Source: Octopus vulgaris
Taxonomy: Eukaryota
Reading direction: 5' to 3'
DNA: 64,000 nucleotides
Assembly: GCA_951406725.2 (NCBI GenBank)
Contig: OX597835.1
Span: 16,306,001-16,370,000, forward strand
Position numbers and translations under genes: made by a program. The notes under the pieces were generated by a model that was not told where the DNA came from, searched no databases, and saw only the letters and a list, made by a program, of their open reading frames with translations. Below are positions 38,048 to 49,383 of the stretch, piece by piece (positions within the stretch are counted from its first letter, which is position 1; each line of letters begins with the position of its first letter).

Positions 38048-39341
38048 GTCTGTGTGTGCAGTTGGTAGTAGGAAAGGCTTTTTTTTTTTCATTGTAACAT
38101 CTACTTAACCATGCTTGCATGGGTTGGATGGAGTTTACTGAAGCAGATTGTCTTCGGATGGATGCCTCTCCTGTCACCCACCCTCGCTTGTTTGCAATCG
38201 TCTGCCGCTACGTTCTGAGTTCAAATTCTGCCGAGGTCGACTTTGCCTTTCATCCTTTCGGGGTCGATTAAATAAGCACCAGTCTGTGTATGCACAGGGG
38301 TCGATTGCCTTTCATCCTTTCGGGGTCGATTAAATAAGCACCAGTTACGCACAGCGGTCGATATAATCGATACTTAATCCGTGTGTCTGTCCTTGTTTGT
38401 TCCCTCTGTGTATAGCCCCTTGTGGGCAGTAAAGAAATAGGTAATATTATCCCATAGCTAGACATGTTCCCATAGTATATTGGGAACGAAAGATACTGCA
38501 TGTAATGATAGTGACAACCTCTTACAACAACAACACATGGCGTCACTAGATGTAAAAAAAGAAACAAACAAACAACTCATACAACAATGAAAAAACAAAG
38601 GCAAAAACAAATATTAAAAAGAAGAAAGAAAAAAAAGAAACTTGAAATGACATACTGAAGTGTGAATAGAACCGAACAGTCTGGGATTAGTTTCTTGACT
38701 GCTCCAAGATGGTTGGACTGGTGGCACTGGAACCTGGTGGTGTTGGGCTTGTGGCTGCTGTAACTGCCGGTGTTCTGCAGTACTTAGGTGGCTAGACGCT
38801 GCTGCAGTCCGGTTGACGGGGCCCTTCACGTCAGGTAATAATCGAAGCTCATCCAGAATAGGGTCCATGCAGGAACTGATGTTACTGTGGTATGGTAATC
38901 TAAAAATTGGCCGTTCACCACTATTAGAAAACTCAACCTGGCCAGTATTCAGGAATGCTCTTTGGCTCGAGTTGGTCAGCCCAGTTAGGTTGTTGGGGTT
39001 GGAAAATCCAGATGGATGGTGAGAACTAGAAAAAGTACTTTGGCCGGAAGATGAAAACACTTCCGGCAAGGAGTTAGAGAAACCAGCTTGACCTGGCTGC
39101 CCCGCAAATGACACATGGTCAGCAGTCGTGAAACTACGCTGAGTTATTACCCTGTTGCGATTATCCTTCGGTAAATGTTCGAGATTTCGACAGATTTCTG
39201 CAACGAATGCGTCACCTTTCATATTTCTTAAATAAAGACAGTTTGGAAAAAATTTGGCGTGTTCAATCCATGGATTGTCTGATTCATCCCACTCTCGGAG
39301 GTGACCATTACACATATAACAGCACACGGTATCATCGATTC
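8843..39341 (-). CDS. Inhibitor of apoptosis (IAP/BIRC-family) protein, BIR-UBA-low-complexity-RING; 5'-incomplete spliced model join(39341..38656,22448..22350,19362..19335,15511..15386,13187..11539,9039..8843), about 928 aa visible if one base is restored near 12692
   Basis: BIR zinc motif, IAP-type UBA and IAP-type C-terminal RING occur in order on the minus strand. All six exons have AG acceptors and the five internal ones have GT donors. Intron phases match across junctions (0,0,1,1,1). Orthology to a named BIRC gene cannot be assigned by eye. Confidence 0.9.
9495..9532 (-). ncRNA. Degenerate minimal hammerhead motif in a Penelope-like fragment (last IAP intron)
   Basis: UCUUU-CUGUCGA-A-GAGC(GUAG)GCUC-GAAAC-GUA-AAAGA. 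Stems I and II are intact but the core has A6>U. A related fragment at about 60138-60320 shares ACGCTCAGGAA. Confidence 0.5.
10526..10775 (+). mobile_element. RTE-like LINE 3' fragment
   Basis: RRVQFAGHCCRAE...LLLWKP...RGR...DLRNAMMDREVWR is a LINE ORF2 C-terminus, followed by a (TGA)n tail. Confidence 0.75.
11071..11271. mobile_element. hAT-type MITE
   Basis: TIRs CAGTGCTTTTCAA / TTGAAAACCACTG and a perfect 8-bp TSD ATCTAGAC. Confidence 0.85.
11330..11400. repeat. 12-bp tandem repeat (AAAATTTTGACT)x5-6 at the start of a duplicated SINE tail
   Basis: Read directly. 10990-11070 and 11390-11468 are duplicate SINE 3' ends. Confidence 0.8.
11539..13187 (-). CDS. IAP large exon: UBA C-terminal helix plus polyQ/polyP/polyS/His linker; 1-nt frameshift near 12692
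   Basis: Acceptor (t)n-gataaag|GG and donor A|gtaagt are both phase 1. The 5' part is in the frame of ORF 12469..13305 (GENFVSREVMYRALEDTDSEDEE...QQQ) and the 3' part in the frame of ORF 11519..12961 (HHHHQQLPPP...SAESEEKR). Length 1649 = 3n-1. Confidence 0.85.
14244..14549 (-). mobile_element. Non-autonomous Helitron (one internal unit)
   Basis: Reverse-orientation copy of 21376-21775 with TC start, CCCGAGCAACGCCGGG hairpin, CTAG end and A^T insertion site. Confidence 0.8.
14570..14990 (+). mobile_element. Degenerate RTE-like LINE fragment
   Basis: QAVEMGFLQ...VTLLDR...LQVELLFLCIERSQLRY resembles an RTE ORF2 C-terminus. A similar piece lies at about 30310-30480. Confidence 0.6.
15032..15279. 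mobile_element. Penelope-like terminal fragment with inverted duplication (fold-back) and 11-bp TSD
   Basis: Inverted arms at about 15080-15173 and 15182-15276 each carry a hammerhead-like motif. The direct repeat CTTCCAAATTT at 15021-15031 and 15280-15290 flanks the insert. The Penelope assignment is inferred from the hammerhead plus inverted-end structure. Confidence 0.65.
15098..15143 (-). ncRNA. Minimal type-I hammerhead ribozyme fold, canonical core
   Basis: Minus strand reads GACAC-CUGAAGA-A-GGCUG(GAGGGUAUAU)CAGCC-GAAAC-GUU-GUGUU. Stem I GACAC/GUGUU, stem II 5 bp, palindromic AACGUU stem III, GUU cleavage triplet. Confidence 0.7.
15386..15511 (-). CDS. IAP exon: N-terminal part of UBA domain (SESWRSKLQLCLQQPRVLTFLENGYSERRIRKVLKKQLQST)
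   Basis: Acceptor ttttgttaacag|, donor G|gtgtgt, 126 nt, phase 1-1. Joined to the next exon it reads FLENGYSERRIRKVLKKQLQSTGENFVSREVMYRAL, resembling the cIAP/XIAP UBA (MGF...TGENY-like). Not in the supplied ORF track. Confidence 0.85.
15790..16010 (-). mobile_element. Possible R4/Dong-like (restriction-like endonuclease) LINE relic
   Basis: KIQEKENIYGSLIRSLQ...SFITGIIGATGHVTTHLEQN resembles the RLE C-terminal K-x2-K-Y-x2-L...(P)IIIGALG motif. A degenerate zinc-knuckle-like piece (CRLYGDK...SGCPVL) is at about 42685-42840 (+). Confidence 0.45.
17010..17230. mobile_element. piggyBac-type MITE
   Basis: TTAA|CCCTTTCGTTAC ... GTAACAAAAGGG|TTAA. Confidence 0.8.
19335..19362 (-). CDS. IAP 28-nt microexon (LHVPSSQET + 1 nt)
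   Basis: Strong acceptor tttctctatttctttgcag| and perfect donor A|gtaagt. Converts phase 0 to phase 1, which is needed to join the UBA exon. Confidence 0.78.
20066..20450 (+). mobile_element. tRNA-derived SINE, family 1 (representative full-length copy)
   Basis: A box TGGCTGTGTGG, B box GGTTCAGTCC, internal (TA)/(TG) tract and GTAAAAGA tail. Other copies (approximate): 9890-10265(-), 18682-19087(+), 26494-26887(-), 28062-28452(-), 36525-36918(+), 43760-44133(+), 46152-46563(-), 51123-51710(+), 52444-52740(+), 54773-55173(-), 56974-57360(-), 60341-60500(+), 62420-62748(-). Confidence 0.9.
21376..21775 (+). mobile_element. Non-autonomous Helitron (two internal ~95-bp units)
   Basis: 5' TC after A, 3' GC-rich hairpin CCCGAGCAACGCTGGG then CTAG followed by T, no TSD. 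Sister copies at 14244-14549 and 35110-35607. Confidence 0.8.
22350..22448 (-). CDS. IAP internal exon (33 aa, IQPHRLLGIEPNDWREAKVCKKDPTQQTDKYRP)
   Basis: Acceptor ttttattttaaacag|, donor CCA|gtgagt, 99 nt, open in phase 0-0, which the flanking exons require. Confidence 0.72.
22913..23293. mobile_element. hAT-type MITE, older
   Basis: TIRs CAGTGTTTCTCAAC / GTTGAGAAATGCTG. The 8-bp flanks TTTTAGGC and TCTTAGAC match at 6 of 8 positions. Confidence 0.65.
25150..25378. repeat. Degenerate minisatellite, ~57-bp unit x4
   Basis: Recurring ctatttaaacaaagctatccttgttaattaagttgactaggtgcatccc. Confidence 0.7.
30559..30945 (-). mobile_element. CR1/L2-like LINE 3' fragment
   Basis: Minus-strand LYSLEKRRRRGDLILALNII...LRGHSEKL...FSVRVADPWNKLP...FKASLD with an (AACT)n tail. 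The same 3' end occurs at about 52910-53055 (+). Confidence 0.8.
31769..33632. mobile_element. Cluster of three piggyBac-type MITEs of one family (31769-31989, 33069-33289, 33413-33632)
   Basis: TTAA|CCCTTTAG ... CTAAAGGG|TTAA termini and about 220-bp homologous interiors. The middle copy is inverted. Degenerate copies lie near 31123-31339 and 47540-47682. Confidence 0.8.
35110..35607 (+). mobile_element. Non-autonomous Helitron (three internal units)
   Basis: Same TC start, hairpin and CTAG end. The internal unit gtctacgatgagtc...ggaagtaactctctaaaaat is present three times. Confidence 0.8.
35971..36178. mobile_element. hAT (Charlie-like) MITE
   Basis: TIRs CAGGGGTGGGCAAA / TTCGCCCACCCCTG and a perfect 8-bp TSD ATATAGAC. 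Confidence 0.85.
38656..39341 (-). CDS. IAP exon: C-terminal half of BIR domain plus S/F/G/Q-rich linker
   Basis: Acceptor cttgcag|GA (phase 1). Translation GIDDTVCCYMCNGHLREWDESDNPWIEHAKFFPNCLYL fits the BIR C-x2-C-x16-H-x6-C motif. Donor TCA|gtatgt (phase 0). 686 nt. Confidence 0.93.
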
Positions 39342-39992
39342 CTGCAAGAGACAAGAATGGTAAGAATTAGCTATGAATATCAGGCAGTAAAATAATTAAA
39401 ATGTCAGCAGTTTTAAAATTTTAATGAGGTGGAGGAAACATACAGGGAGAAGAGAGAAATACTAAATCCTTGGAATACTATTATATTTATATATATATAT
39501 ATATATGAAAGGAGGTTTATTTTAATGAGCTGGTCAAATTTTTTTATATTTTCCCAAGATTTTCCCTTGCAAACTGTTTTTAACATGTTCTTATTATCAT
39601 CAAAGAATGTATATATATGTATTGTAATATTTTGTGACAACCAGTACCTAACACAACAAAGTTTTTACATGTTACTTTTGACAATCTTTTCTAAAAAAAG
39701 TGAAACTGGTCAAGTAAATAAACATCTTTTAAAATTGCATTTTCAAACCTTCTTTCACATATAATTCCACTCATGCAGTACCTTACAACTCCACTTTGTT
39801 TTATTTAGTTTTTCTTTGGGGCTGGCCGTATCGGAGCGATATCAGGATTAATCAGCCGAAATTGCTAAGATGATCCGGTTCCCGACTGAAGATTAGAGGC
39901 TTCGAATGACCCTTCTGTTTTTTTGTGTCGTCTCTTGGTGTGTTTTTGCGTTCTTGTCCCATTTTGTAATTTATATTTAATTTCTATACATA

Positions 39993-40067
<75 letters not shown>

Positions 40068-41461
40068 GAGTCGGTGAAAAAAATATATCTACAGAATAAA
40101 AATACTGCAGCAATATATATGCATATAATGAGTTAGTACTGAAGAACAATAAAATATATAGCCACCAAATTTAAGAGCTCATTTCTTTTTAACATATCGT
40201 TAGACTCCAATACATTATTATGATGCAATAATCATAAGCGAAATGAATTTGCATATTTGTATATATATGTTGGCTGAATGTTGTTCAAAGTAACATATTC
40301 AGAATAATAAAAAAAAAAAGACAAAAATTTCACAGATGTTTCACAATTTAATTCTAAGTTCTACATCTGTTTCAACAATTAACACACAAACATCATCATC
40401 AATATACTCATTTAACAAATACAAAAATATATAATTAATTTAAGATATACTAGATAAACTCTTTCATCAAGAAATAAAACTGAAATATGAATATCAAAGT
40501 ACCATTACTAAATTAATCATGTATTTCTAAATATTAATTACATAATTATATGGCTGATGTTTGTATTTAAAATGATGAAACAACTGTAGAATTTGGAATC
40601 AAATTATGAAACAACTGTGAAAATTTTGCTTTATATGTGTAATATTTATCACCATGACCGACCAGGTAATCAGATGTTGCTACACACTGCTGGTCACAAT
40701 GCGCTTCGCATTGTTTTAGCCTTCAAATGATGCCACCCTGCTGGCTAAGCAAGCAAGCCAACAGAAGAAAGGGCGAGAGAAAGTTGTGGTGAAAGAGTAC
40801 AGCAGGGCCTATACACCAAGACAACTTTGAAAGCCCAAAAATTCCATGTGAAATGCCACAGGATTTGGAAAGATAGCGACAATATTTGAATGTTTACGCT
40901 ATATACTATGTTGAGTTGTATGCTGGAAAATACAGTGAAACAAAGCAGGAGAGGACAATGATTGCTTTTAAGATAGAGTGTATCAAAAAAGACAGAGCTA
41001 GATCATAGGCAGACAACTGAATAGAACTAATGTGACTGGATAACTAATATAAAGTTACCAACGTAGACATACCTAGCAAACAACAATAGCTGTTGTTGTT
41101 CCTGTTTAACCCTAGGTTGGTTTTCATCCAGCATATACTCAATTATCAAAGGTATTTCAGCAACAGCCAGAGTGAGTATCTACTATTATTTTTGAGCTCT
41201 AGTTCAGACTTGATCCAACAAGTATTTCAGATATGACCATCCCATTTACTGATGCTGTTTAGCTCTAAGTTACCCTTGACCCAGCAAATTTCTGATCAAA
41301 TGTGTTCCAGCTATGATCATCCAGTCTTCTTATTTCAAGAAGAGTTCCCTGGACTACATTCTTGAATGTGTCTTCTTTTTTTTTAGATCATATGATATGG
41401 TTTGAGGGATATTTCGCTGTTGTTTCTAACAAGTCAAACAAGCACTAGTCAACCCATTGAC

Positions 41462-42007
41462 AAAGAAACAATCCATGCAATGGAAACACCCCTCCTCACC
41501 TGCTCCAAAGAAGGTCACGGTTGTTTCATGTGCAGGGTAGGTGATGGCCTCAATTTATTCAGATGCAAAAAGCATTATATTCATTGAATTATCTTTGAAA
41601 GGGTCACACCATCAATGGAGAGTACTATGCCATTTTGCTGAAGCAGCTACAAAAGGCTATCAGGACCAAATGCTCAGGAAAACTGACAAAAAGGACCCTG
41701 GTTTCATCAGGACAATGCTCCGGCATACAAGTCCTTGCTTTTAATCGTGGCTGTGTGTGAATGTGGTTTTGAACTGGTTGATCAACCTCCCTGTTCTCCT
41801 AATTTGGCCCAAACATGAAAAAACACTTGGATGCGAACCAGTATTGCAGTGATGATGAAAGCTTCTTCACCAATGGTATCCAGGCACTGCAACACTGATG
41901 GAAGCAGTGGGTAGATTGTAAAGGGGACTGTGTTGAAAATAAACTTCATTTTGTCACATTCCGAGAGAGTATATTGGTCAGCCTATGAACTTTTCAGCTG
42001 ACCCTCA
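41462..42007 (+). mobile_element. Tc1/mariner transposase relic (frameshifted, 3' half) with right end
   Basis: Piecewise translation QSMQWKHPSSPAPKK...VMASIYSDAKSIIFI...GHTINGEYYAILLKQLQKAIRTK...FHQDNAPAYKS...GFELVDQPPCSPNLA...WVDCKGDCVE matches mariner motifs (HDNAPAH, HPPYSPDLAP). It contains stops and frameshifts. Confidence 0.85.
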
Positions 42008-42997
42008 TGGTTTAGGAATGTATACTCTTTTACTCTTTACTCTCTTACTTGTTTCAGTCATTTGACTGTGGCCATGCTGGAGCACCGCCTTTGTATGAGA
42101 ACACAAAGCGTTTATGCTTTCCATTTTTGTAGAAAATTGGCAAATTCAATAAAAATACTTTACAGGAGAGGAGGGCAAATTCAAACAGAGACAGAGACAA
42201 TGGCTGAAATACGTTAAATAGATAGGGGGAAAAAATAGATATTTTTTACTCTTTATTGTAAGAGAGTTCAAAAACTAAGTGGAGAGAAGTAAGAATATCT
42301 ATGACTGTCAATGGCAACCAATACTATTGTCTGCTTAATAAAAACATGATTTCTAATATACAGAGAGAGAGAGAGGGCCACAAGTTTTGAAGCAAAAAGA
42401 ATTGATTATATCGACTCCTGAAACTAAACTGGAACTTATTGATTTCCAGAAGGATGACAGACAGACTAAACTGACCTTGGTGAAATTTGAACTCAGAATG
42501 TGCCTAAACACTGCAAAGCAGTCTGTCCAATGGTCTAAAACTTCTGTCTTGTAAGTTGTCAATAGAAATCAATTACATTTATTTATTTATGTAACCATGT
42601 CTACGCACTGGTTTTAATTTCAGTTATAACCATTTAATTGTCATTTATATCACTTATTACACCTGAGAATTACATCCACAGGATATGTCTGCAGATTATA
42701 TGGAGACAAAAACATAGAACACAATAACATCATCATCATCATCGTCGTCGTTGTCGTCGTCTCTGGTTGTCCAGTCTTGACAAAATCTAAGTGTCTGTGA
42801 ACAAGGACAACAGCCTGGTAGCTGTGTACACTGGAAAACTAACCAGTATTACTATATTGACATAGAAAACAGATGGCACACATTAAAAAAACATAGTGAG
42901 GAAATGCCAGGATGAAACTCACAGTAACATGAGGTACACAAAGTCATGCGAAGAAACTGGATAGACAAAGGCTCAGTGATATGGTTTATCACATATA

Positions 42998-43480
42998 TAT
43001 TTCTTTACTACCCACAAGGGGCTAAACACAGAGGGGACAAACAAGGACAGACAAACGGATTAAGTCGATTACATCGATCCCAGTGCGTAACTGGTACTTA
43101 ATTTATCGACCCCGAAAGGATGAAAGGCAAAGTCAACCTCGACGGAATTTGAACTCAGAACGTAATGGCAGACGAAATACGGCTACGCATTTCGCCCGGT
43201 GTGCTAACGTTTCTGCCAGCTTGCCGCCTTCACACACACACATATATATATTTCTTTACTACCCACAAGGGGCTAAACACAGAGGGGACAAACAAGGACA
43301 GACAAACGGATTAAGTCGATTACATCGATCCCAGTGCGTAACTGGTACTTAATTTATCGACCCCGAAAGGATGAAAGGCAAAGTCAACCTCGACGGAATT
43401 TGAACTCAGAACGTAACGGCAAACGAAATACGACTACGCATTTCGCCCGGTGTGCTAACGTTTCTGCCAGCTCGCCGCCT
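42998..43480 (-). mobile_element. SINE family 2, tandem dimer of near-identical ~230-bp copies
   Basis: GGCGGCGAGCTGGCAGAA head, GAGTTCAAATTCC B-box-like motif and central GCCTTTCATCCTTTCGGGGTCGATAAATTAAGTACCAG. Other copies (approximate): 9071-9294(-), 27331-27750(-, partial tandem), 37315-37480(-), 38200-38440(+), 54296-54494(-). Confidence 0.85.
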
Positions 43481-44333
43481 TTATCACATATAACATTCAC
43501 TGTCCTGCTGCCAAAACAAAGAAAAAAACACTCCTCAAAAAATTATCCCAGGGTCCTGCATGTGAAGTTGGTCCTCCCATCTTAATGTATTGAAAGCGGT
43601 TTTTTTTCTTTCTTGAATATGTGCTACTGGAATTGGAGTGTGCCTAATATGCCTGGACATCTTTTATGCTATCAAAGACGGTACATGCAATATGTGAAAA
43701 ATAGAGAGACAAAGCTATAGCAATATGGGAGACAGTCAAAGTGAGAATAATGCCAGACATAGACATGGTTGTGTGGTAAGCAGTTTGCTTTCCAGCCATA
43801 TGGCTCCGGGTTCAGTCCCACCGTGTGGAACCTTGGGCAAGTGTCTTCCATTTAACCCTGGACCAACCAAAGCCTTGTCAGTGGACTTGGCAGACCTAAA
43901 TTGTAACAAGTCCATTGTATCTGAGTGTCCTTGTGTTTGTCCCTCACTGCTGTTGGACAAATGGTGTTGGCTGGTCCGTGTTCCCAATAACTTAGCAGTT
44001 CAGCGGAAAGACTGATGGAATAAGTACCAGACTTAAAAATAAAAGTACTGGGTTTGATTTGTTTGGCTAAATGCTCCAAGTTGGTGCCCCGGCATTGCTG
44101 CAGTACAATGACTGAAACGAGTAAAAGATAAAAGCCGTCAATATAAAATGTGAGGAAACTGACAGAGAAAACCACATAAATACGAGACACTTACACATGG
44201 TAAGTAGTGTTGGATTTTATATATTGCACCTATGATGTCTTGATGTCCAGATGTCAGAGATGATATGTTGAGGAGATGCAGACAGGTTTTACTGATATTG
44301 TCAAAGTCAACTTTATATAGCATTTAATCTCTC

Positions 44334-44500
44334 TATCCGCTCAGTCGAAGTCGACTCTCGGTCACTCGTTGGATCAGTGTCCTCCAGTCAGTTCTATCCT
44401 GGGCCACTTCTTTCAGACTGGCCATGTCCATTCCGGTATCACTCCTGATGGTGTCAAGCCAGCGGGTTCTTGGTCGGCCTCTTCCTCTCTTGCCACTGAA
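44334..44500 (-). mobile_element. RTE-clade LINE 3' fragment
   Basis: Minus-strand GKRGRGRPRTRWLDTIRSDTGMDMASLKEVAQDRTDWRTLIQRVTESRLRLSG*. Confidence 0.8.
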
Positions 44501-47285
44501 CATTTAATAGGCATCAACAACACAGATCTCCTTTATGGCCATGAACGTTTGGCCAAGTCCCTCAATGGTTGCAGAAAGTGACCATGGAACAATCCTAAGG
44601 TTGACTCCTACCCATTCCCAAGGGGACCAACAGACTAGCAGGAATATGGCTGTAGCTTGTCATGTACTGTCTGAGACAACAAGAGTTGCCTGCCGGCCAA
44701 ATCACCATTTGGGTACTGACCTGTAGGACAGGTGACCTCTAGAAGTGTCCTACCAAAACAATGGCCAAGACTCTGGAGGAGGACAATTGTACCATGACTG
44801 CTGATGAACTTGGGACAATGAGGATGGATAGGATATCTGGAGCACCTGTCAATATGTTTGAGGCAAGTGTAAATTATAATCAATAGATGATGATGACAAC
44901 AAACATTGCAACATACTATTTCTCTCTGAAACACACAATGTAAAGAACTCTGTATACACACATGTAGTAGAGCAGATCTGTGCCCAGTGATGTAACAACA
45001 TCAGTCAGTAACAGTGACATCAATATCACTATTAACAGACAGAAATATTTAAAATCAAAAGAAACTCTGTAAGAAACCGCCATGTACAGAGACAAGCAGG
45101 TAGGAAAGATATGTAGGAAACGTATCAATTTAGGTATTTTCGTTGGATGTCTCCCACAGACCACCTAGGTAGGTGTTACAGGCACGTATGAATATTCAAG
45201 CTAATGATAAGAGCTTCTATAAAGTTGGTTAACCTGCTAGAAAAAGCAGTTGGATCTCAACTCATACACTACTGTTTAAAAACAAACAAACAAACAATAA
45301 AACTGAAGGACACTAGATAATGTAGCCCTAGATATAAGATCTAGAATAAAAAGTATAGAGGGTGGTGGGTGGAATACCTTTGATATTATGTTGGATTGAA
45401 GTTGACCTTGGCTAAACACCAACTAGATATACTTAGATAAACAAAAGCTGGGACAGAACAAACAACAACATACATATGTGACAATAACAACATCTTGGTT
45501 AATGACAATATGTGACTTGAGTAAACATGGTCTAAGTTAGGACGACCTCGATCAAAACTGATAAAAGTGTTGTTGATAATGACAATGAGAGACGTTGACC
45601 CGTCATTGGACTGAAAACCCTACGGTGAGCGTTAGATTAGTGGAACGCTGGCTTTATAAAGTCAACAGTTCAAACCTCACCACAGCCAGTGTGTCTGCAG
45701 AGTGTATGCATGTGAGAGAACAAGATACATTCTTCTTGTGTTTGTGCCCCAGTCTGTCTGGCTAAAAATAGACAACATTCCCACTACCCCAGCCCTCCAT
45801 GTACAGAGTGGTGGTGGTGGTGGTAGGAGGCTCACTACTTCTACCATCACCACTACCACTACCACCACCACCACCACCATCATCCAGCTGTAAAAATACT
45901 TACAACACCACCAACATCAGTTCATACACAAAACATGAACAGAAAAATAACATCCCACCCATGTTTTATGTTAGAGTAGTTTTTTTTTTTTTATGTAAAA
46001 TAGATATAAAAAAAAATAATTCAGATGTTCCTGGGGAAGAAAAAAAATCCTTATTTGAATGTGTGTGTGTGTTAGGGGAAGACGGAAGAGCAGAAGGAAA
46101 GAGAGATACAGAAAGATGGATGGGTATAAATGTGGAAGAAATAAAATGATATACTCTTTACTCTTTTACTCTGTTTCAGTCATTTGACTGCGGCCATGCT
46201 GGAGCACAGCCTTTAGTCGAGCAAATCGACCCCGGGACTTCTTATTCTTTGTAAGCCCAGTACTTATTCTATCGGTCTCTTTTGCCGAACCGCTAAGTGA
46301 TGGGGACGTAAACACACCAGCATCGGTTGTCAAGCAATGCTAGGGGGACAAACACAGACACACACACACACACACACATACATATATATATATACATATA
46401 TACGACAGGCTTCTTTCAGTTTCCGTCTACCAAATCCACTCACAAGGCATTGGTCGGCCCGGGGCTATAGTAGAAGACACTTGCCCAAAATGCCACGCAG
46501 TGGGACTGAACGTGGAACCATGTGGTTGGAAAGCAAGCTACTTACCACACAGCTACTCCTGCACCTATATATATATATATATATAATCTCATCAATTTAA
46601 TATTCTCTTTCCCGTGCTTGCATGGGTCAGATAAAATCCATTGAGGCACAAGAGCATCCAGATGCTCTTCAAGTCACCAACCTTCAATTATTTCCAAACA
46701 AGGAATATTTCCCATGATCTTTTGAACATGACCAGCAGAATGGCTGGACATGTCATCATGAGAGATTGCAAACAAAAAAACCCCACTTGTATGATGGTGA
46801 CATTTGTTTACAACAAGTATGTGACTTCAAGACAAAGAATTACAAACACAAATACAACAGGCTTCTTTGAATTTCTGCCTGCCAAGATCACTCACAAGGC
46901 TTTGGCCATCCTGGGATTACAGTAGAAGACGCTTGCCCAATTGTATATTAGCAGAAGAATATAAAGAATATATATATATTAATAATAATAATAAGTTAGG
47001 AGATTGTATAAAACAGTATTAGTTGGAAGAAAGCTTCAGGTTAAAGGTGTCAGAGTAGTAGTTATCTGAGAATTGATAAATAGATGATAAATACCACATT
47101 TATAGCAGCAGATGATAAATTCCACAAATATAGAAGTGAAAAGAGGGAATTGTTGAAGATGTCTTTTGGGAGAAGAACACATAATCACAATGTAAGCTAC
47201 ATTTAATGAAAGCCACACTAGTCCAACATCATTATTGTTATTCCAAATTTCAGAGCATCCAAAATAATTAGATCTTCGTCTATAA

Positions 47286-47504
47286 CAGTGGTTTTCAACC
47301 AGGGTTCTGCGGAACCTTAGGGTTCCGCCAGTACAGTCCAGGGGTTCCGCAAGAAGTTACAAAACTGCTAAAATCGGCAGTAATTTTTAATTCTCCTGTG
47401 CAGATATCTGTGCATAAGACTATTAAATTATTGCAAAGGGGTTCCCCGAGCCAGTGCAATGTTTCCTTGGGGTTCCGCTCCAGCAAAAAGTTTGAAAAGC
47501 ACTG
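47286..47504. mobile_element. hAT-type MITE, same family as 11071-11271, opposite orientation
   Basis: Same TIRs and interior, with a perfect 8-bp TSD GTCTATAA. Confidence 0.85.
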
Positions 47505-49350
47505 GTCTATAATAACAGCTAATTCTTTTGTATTTTAGTCCTTTAGCATTCAGATTATTATCAAATGTAATACTTATTTAATTCCCATTGTTTTGAATGA
47601 CACTGTAGAGTAGGTATGAGAGGCTGAATATAGAACAGGTGGAATATTTAGGCTTGATATGGCCAGTCTAAATACTAAAGGGCTAACTTATATTCTGATC
47701 AGAACTGTTCAATACAGTTGGAGAACTTGCTTCTGTGACTGTACAAACTACGATCAGGATGTTTCTAATTAGTGGAGTGTGATGCTTTATACTGCTTTTT
47801 GGCTAGAGAATACAGGTGGAAGAGAGAGATCCTTTAATAGTGATATGCCACTAGATAGAACAAGGTATTGGTCAGTGTGACGTGAGTAATGTCCCTCCGT
47901 TTGCTGTTAGATCTACTCACAGTTGTTGTCTTCGAGCTGTGACTACTAACAGAGATGACTGATGTAGTGGTTAGCAATAATAACCCATCAGTTGTGGTTT
48001 CTTCCTTTAGTCTGCTTCTCACATGTTTCAAAGGTCCGGTTGGAATTAAGGGAACCACCCTTCCTTCTTCAACATGACCATAAAATAAAAGTTTTAAAGG
48101 TCCAGTTGGAATTAAAGGAACCACCCTTCCTTCTTCAACATGACCATAAAAAAAAAAGTTAACGCTTTATACCATCTATTCAAAGAGTAGTGATCTTCAT
48201 TGTTGTTTAGCTCCCAGGTAAGCCCTGATCCGGTGCTTCCCGCAATGACTATCCTGTCTCCATCTAATATGCTCTCTCCTGATTTAACACAAAAGGGAGT
48301 GATTAGAGAGGGATTTAGCGGCTAATTTCTAACAAATGCCCCCCATACTTAATAGGACAGTGATACTTGTTTCACTGAAGGTGAGATCACCAACCCATAG
48401 ACATACCTTTTAAAAATTTGCATGTCAACTGCTGGTCATTCAGCAGATTTACAGTCAAAAAAGTTTATAACAATAAAAGTGCCTGACAATGGAAACGGTT
48501 GAACCTCCTGCTACTGTTATTGCTAGGAATTCTTTGTAAACTGCTATCTCTGGTAGATCTTTCAGTAGATGTGAATGGAAGCCTGTCATAAAAATAACTG
48601 CAGCTCAAATGTTATTTTTAGTGTTCCCTTTCTGACTGAACATTCCTCTGATTAATGTTGAATTCAGTGCCCCCCCCCCCAACTACACCTGGAGGTGCAG
48701 GTATGATCTTTGGTCTTGTTAAAAATAGATCCATTCAGAGTTTTCTCCAGATATCTAACCTACAATTACAGAATTCCTTAAGCGTTTAAAATCATTTTAT
48801 TACAAAGTTTAATTAAATGTGAATAAGATGCTCAAACAAAACACTATTGAGTTAAGTAACTCACCCCCAGTAATGAACATATACTATTTACTGTGGAAAC
48901 AGATGCTCTCGAGGTCACCTTTGGAGTTGGTCTTCAATTAAAATAGGAGGCTTGTATCCGTAGACCTTATAGCATGGCAGAGAAAGGGGGGCCTATGGGT
49001 TTATCGTGACTGTCAAAAAGTGGCGCTTTCAGATTTAACTTTGGGACAAGGTGGAAACCTGTAACATGTTCATTTTGTAACACAAAGGCATGATTTGAGA
49101 CCAGGGTGGTACTGAGAAGGTCAAGGTTGGAACCTAGAGAGTAATATTGATTATGGATGGAATGAATAAGAGACAAGGCTGGTCATGGCTGGAATGCCTT
49201 GTTTACAGGTTTGCTTGTTCTGAGCTCTCCTTGGGTTAAACAACATACTAAAAGCAGTAAAGATATGTAAATCAGGACTAAACGTATTATCAATTATAAA
49301 TGAATTGTCTTCAACTGAGAACTAAAGCCAACAACAGCAGCATCAGTAGT

Positions 49351-49383
<33 letters not shown>

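Noticed and set aside
47834-48150. 96-aa ORF with duplicated VVPLIPTGPLK
   Set aside because: Explained by a 66-bp tandem duplication. It has no recognisable domain or convincing splice sites.
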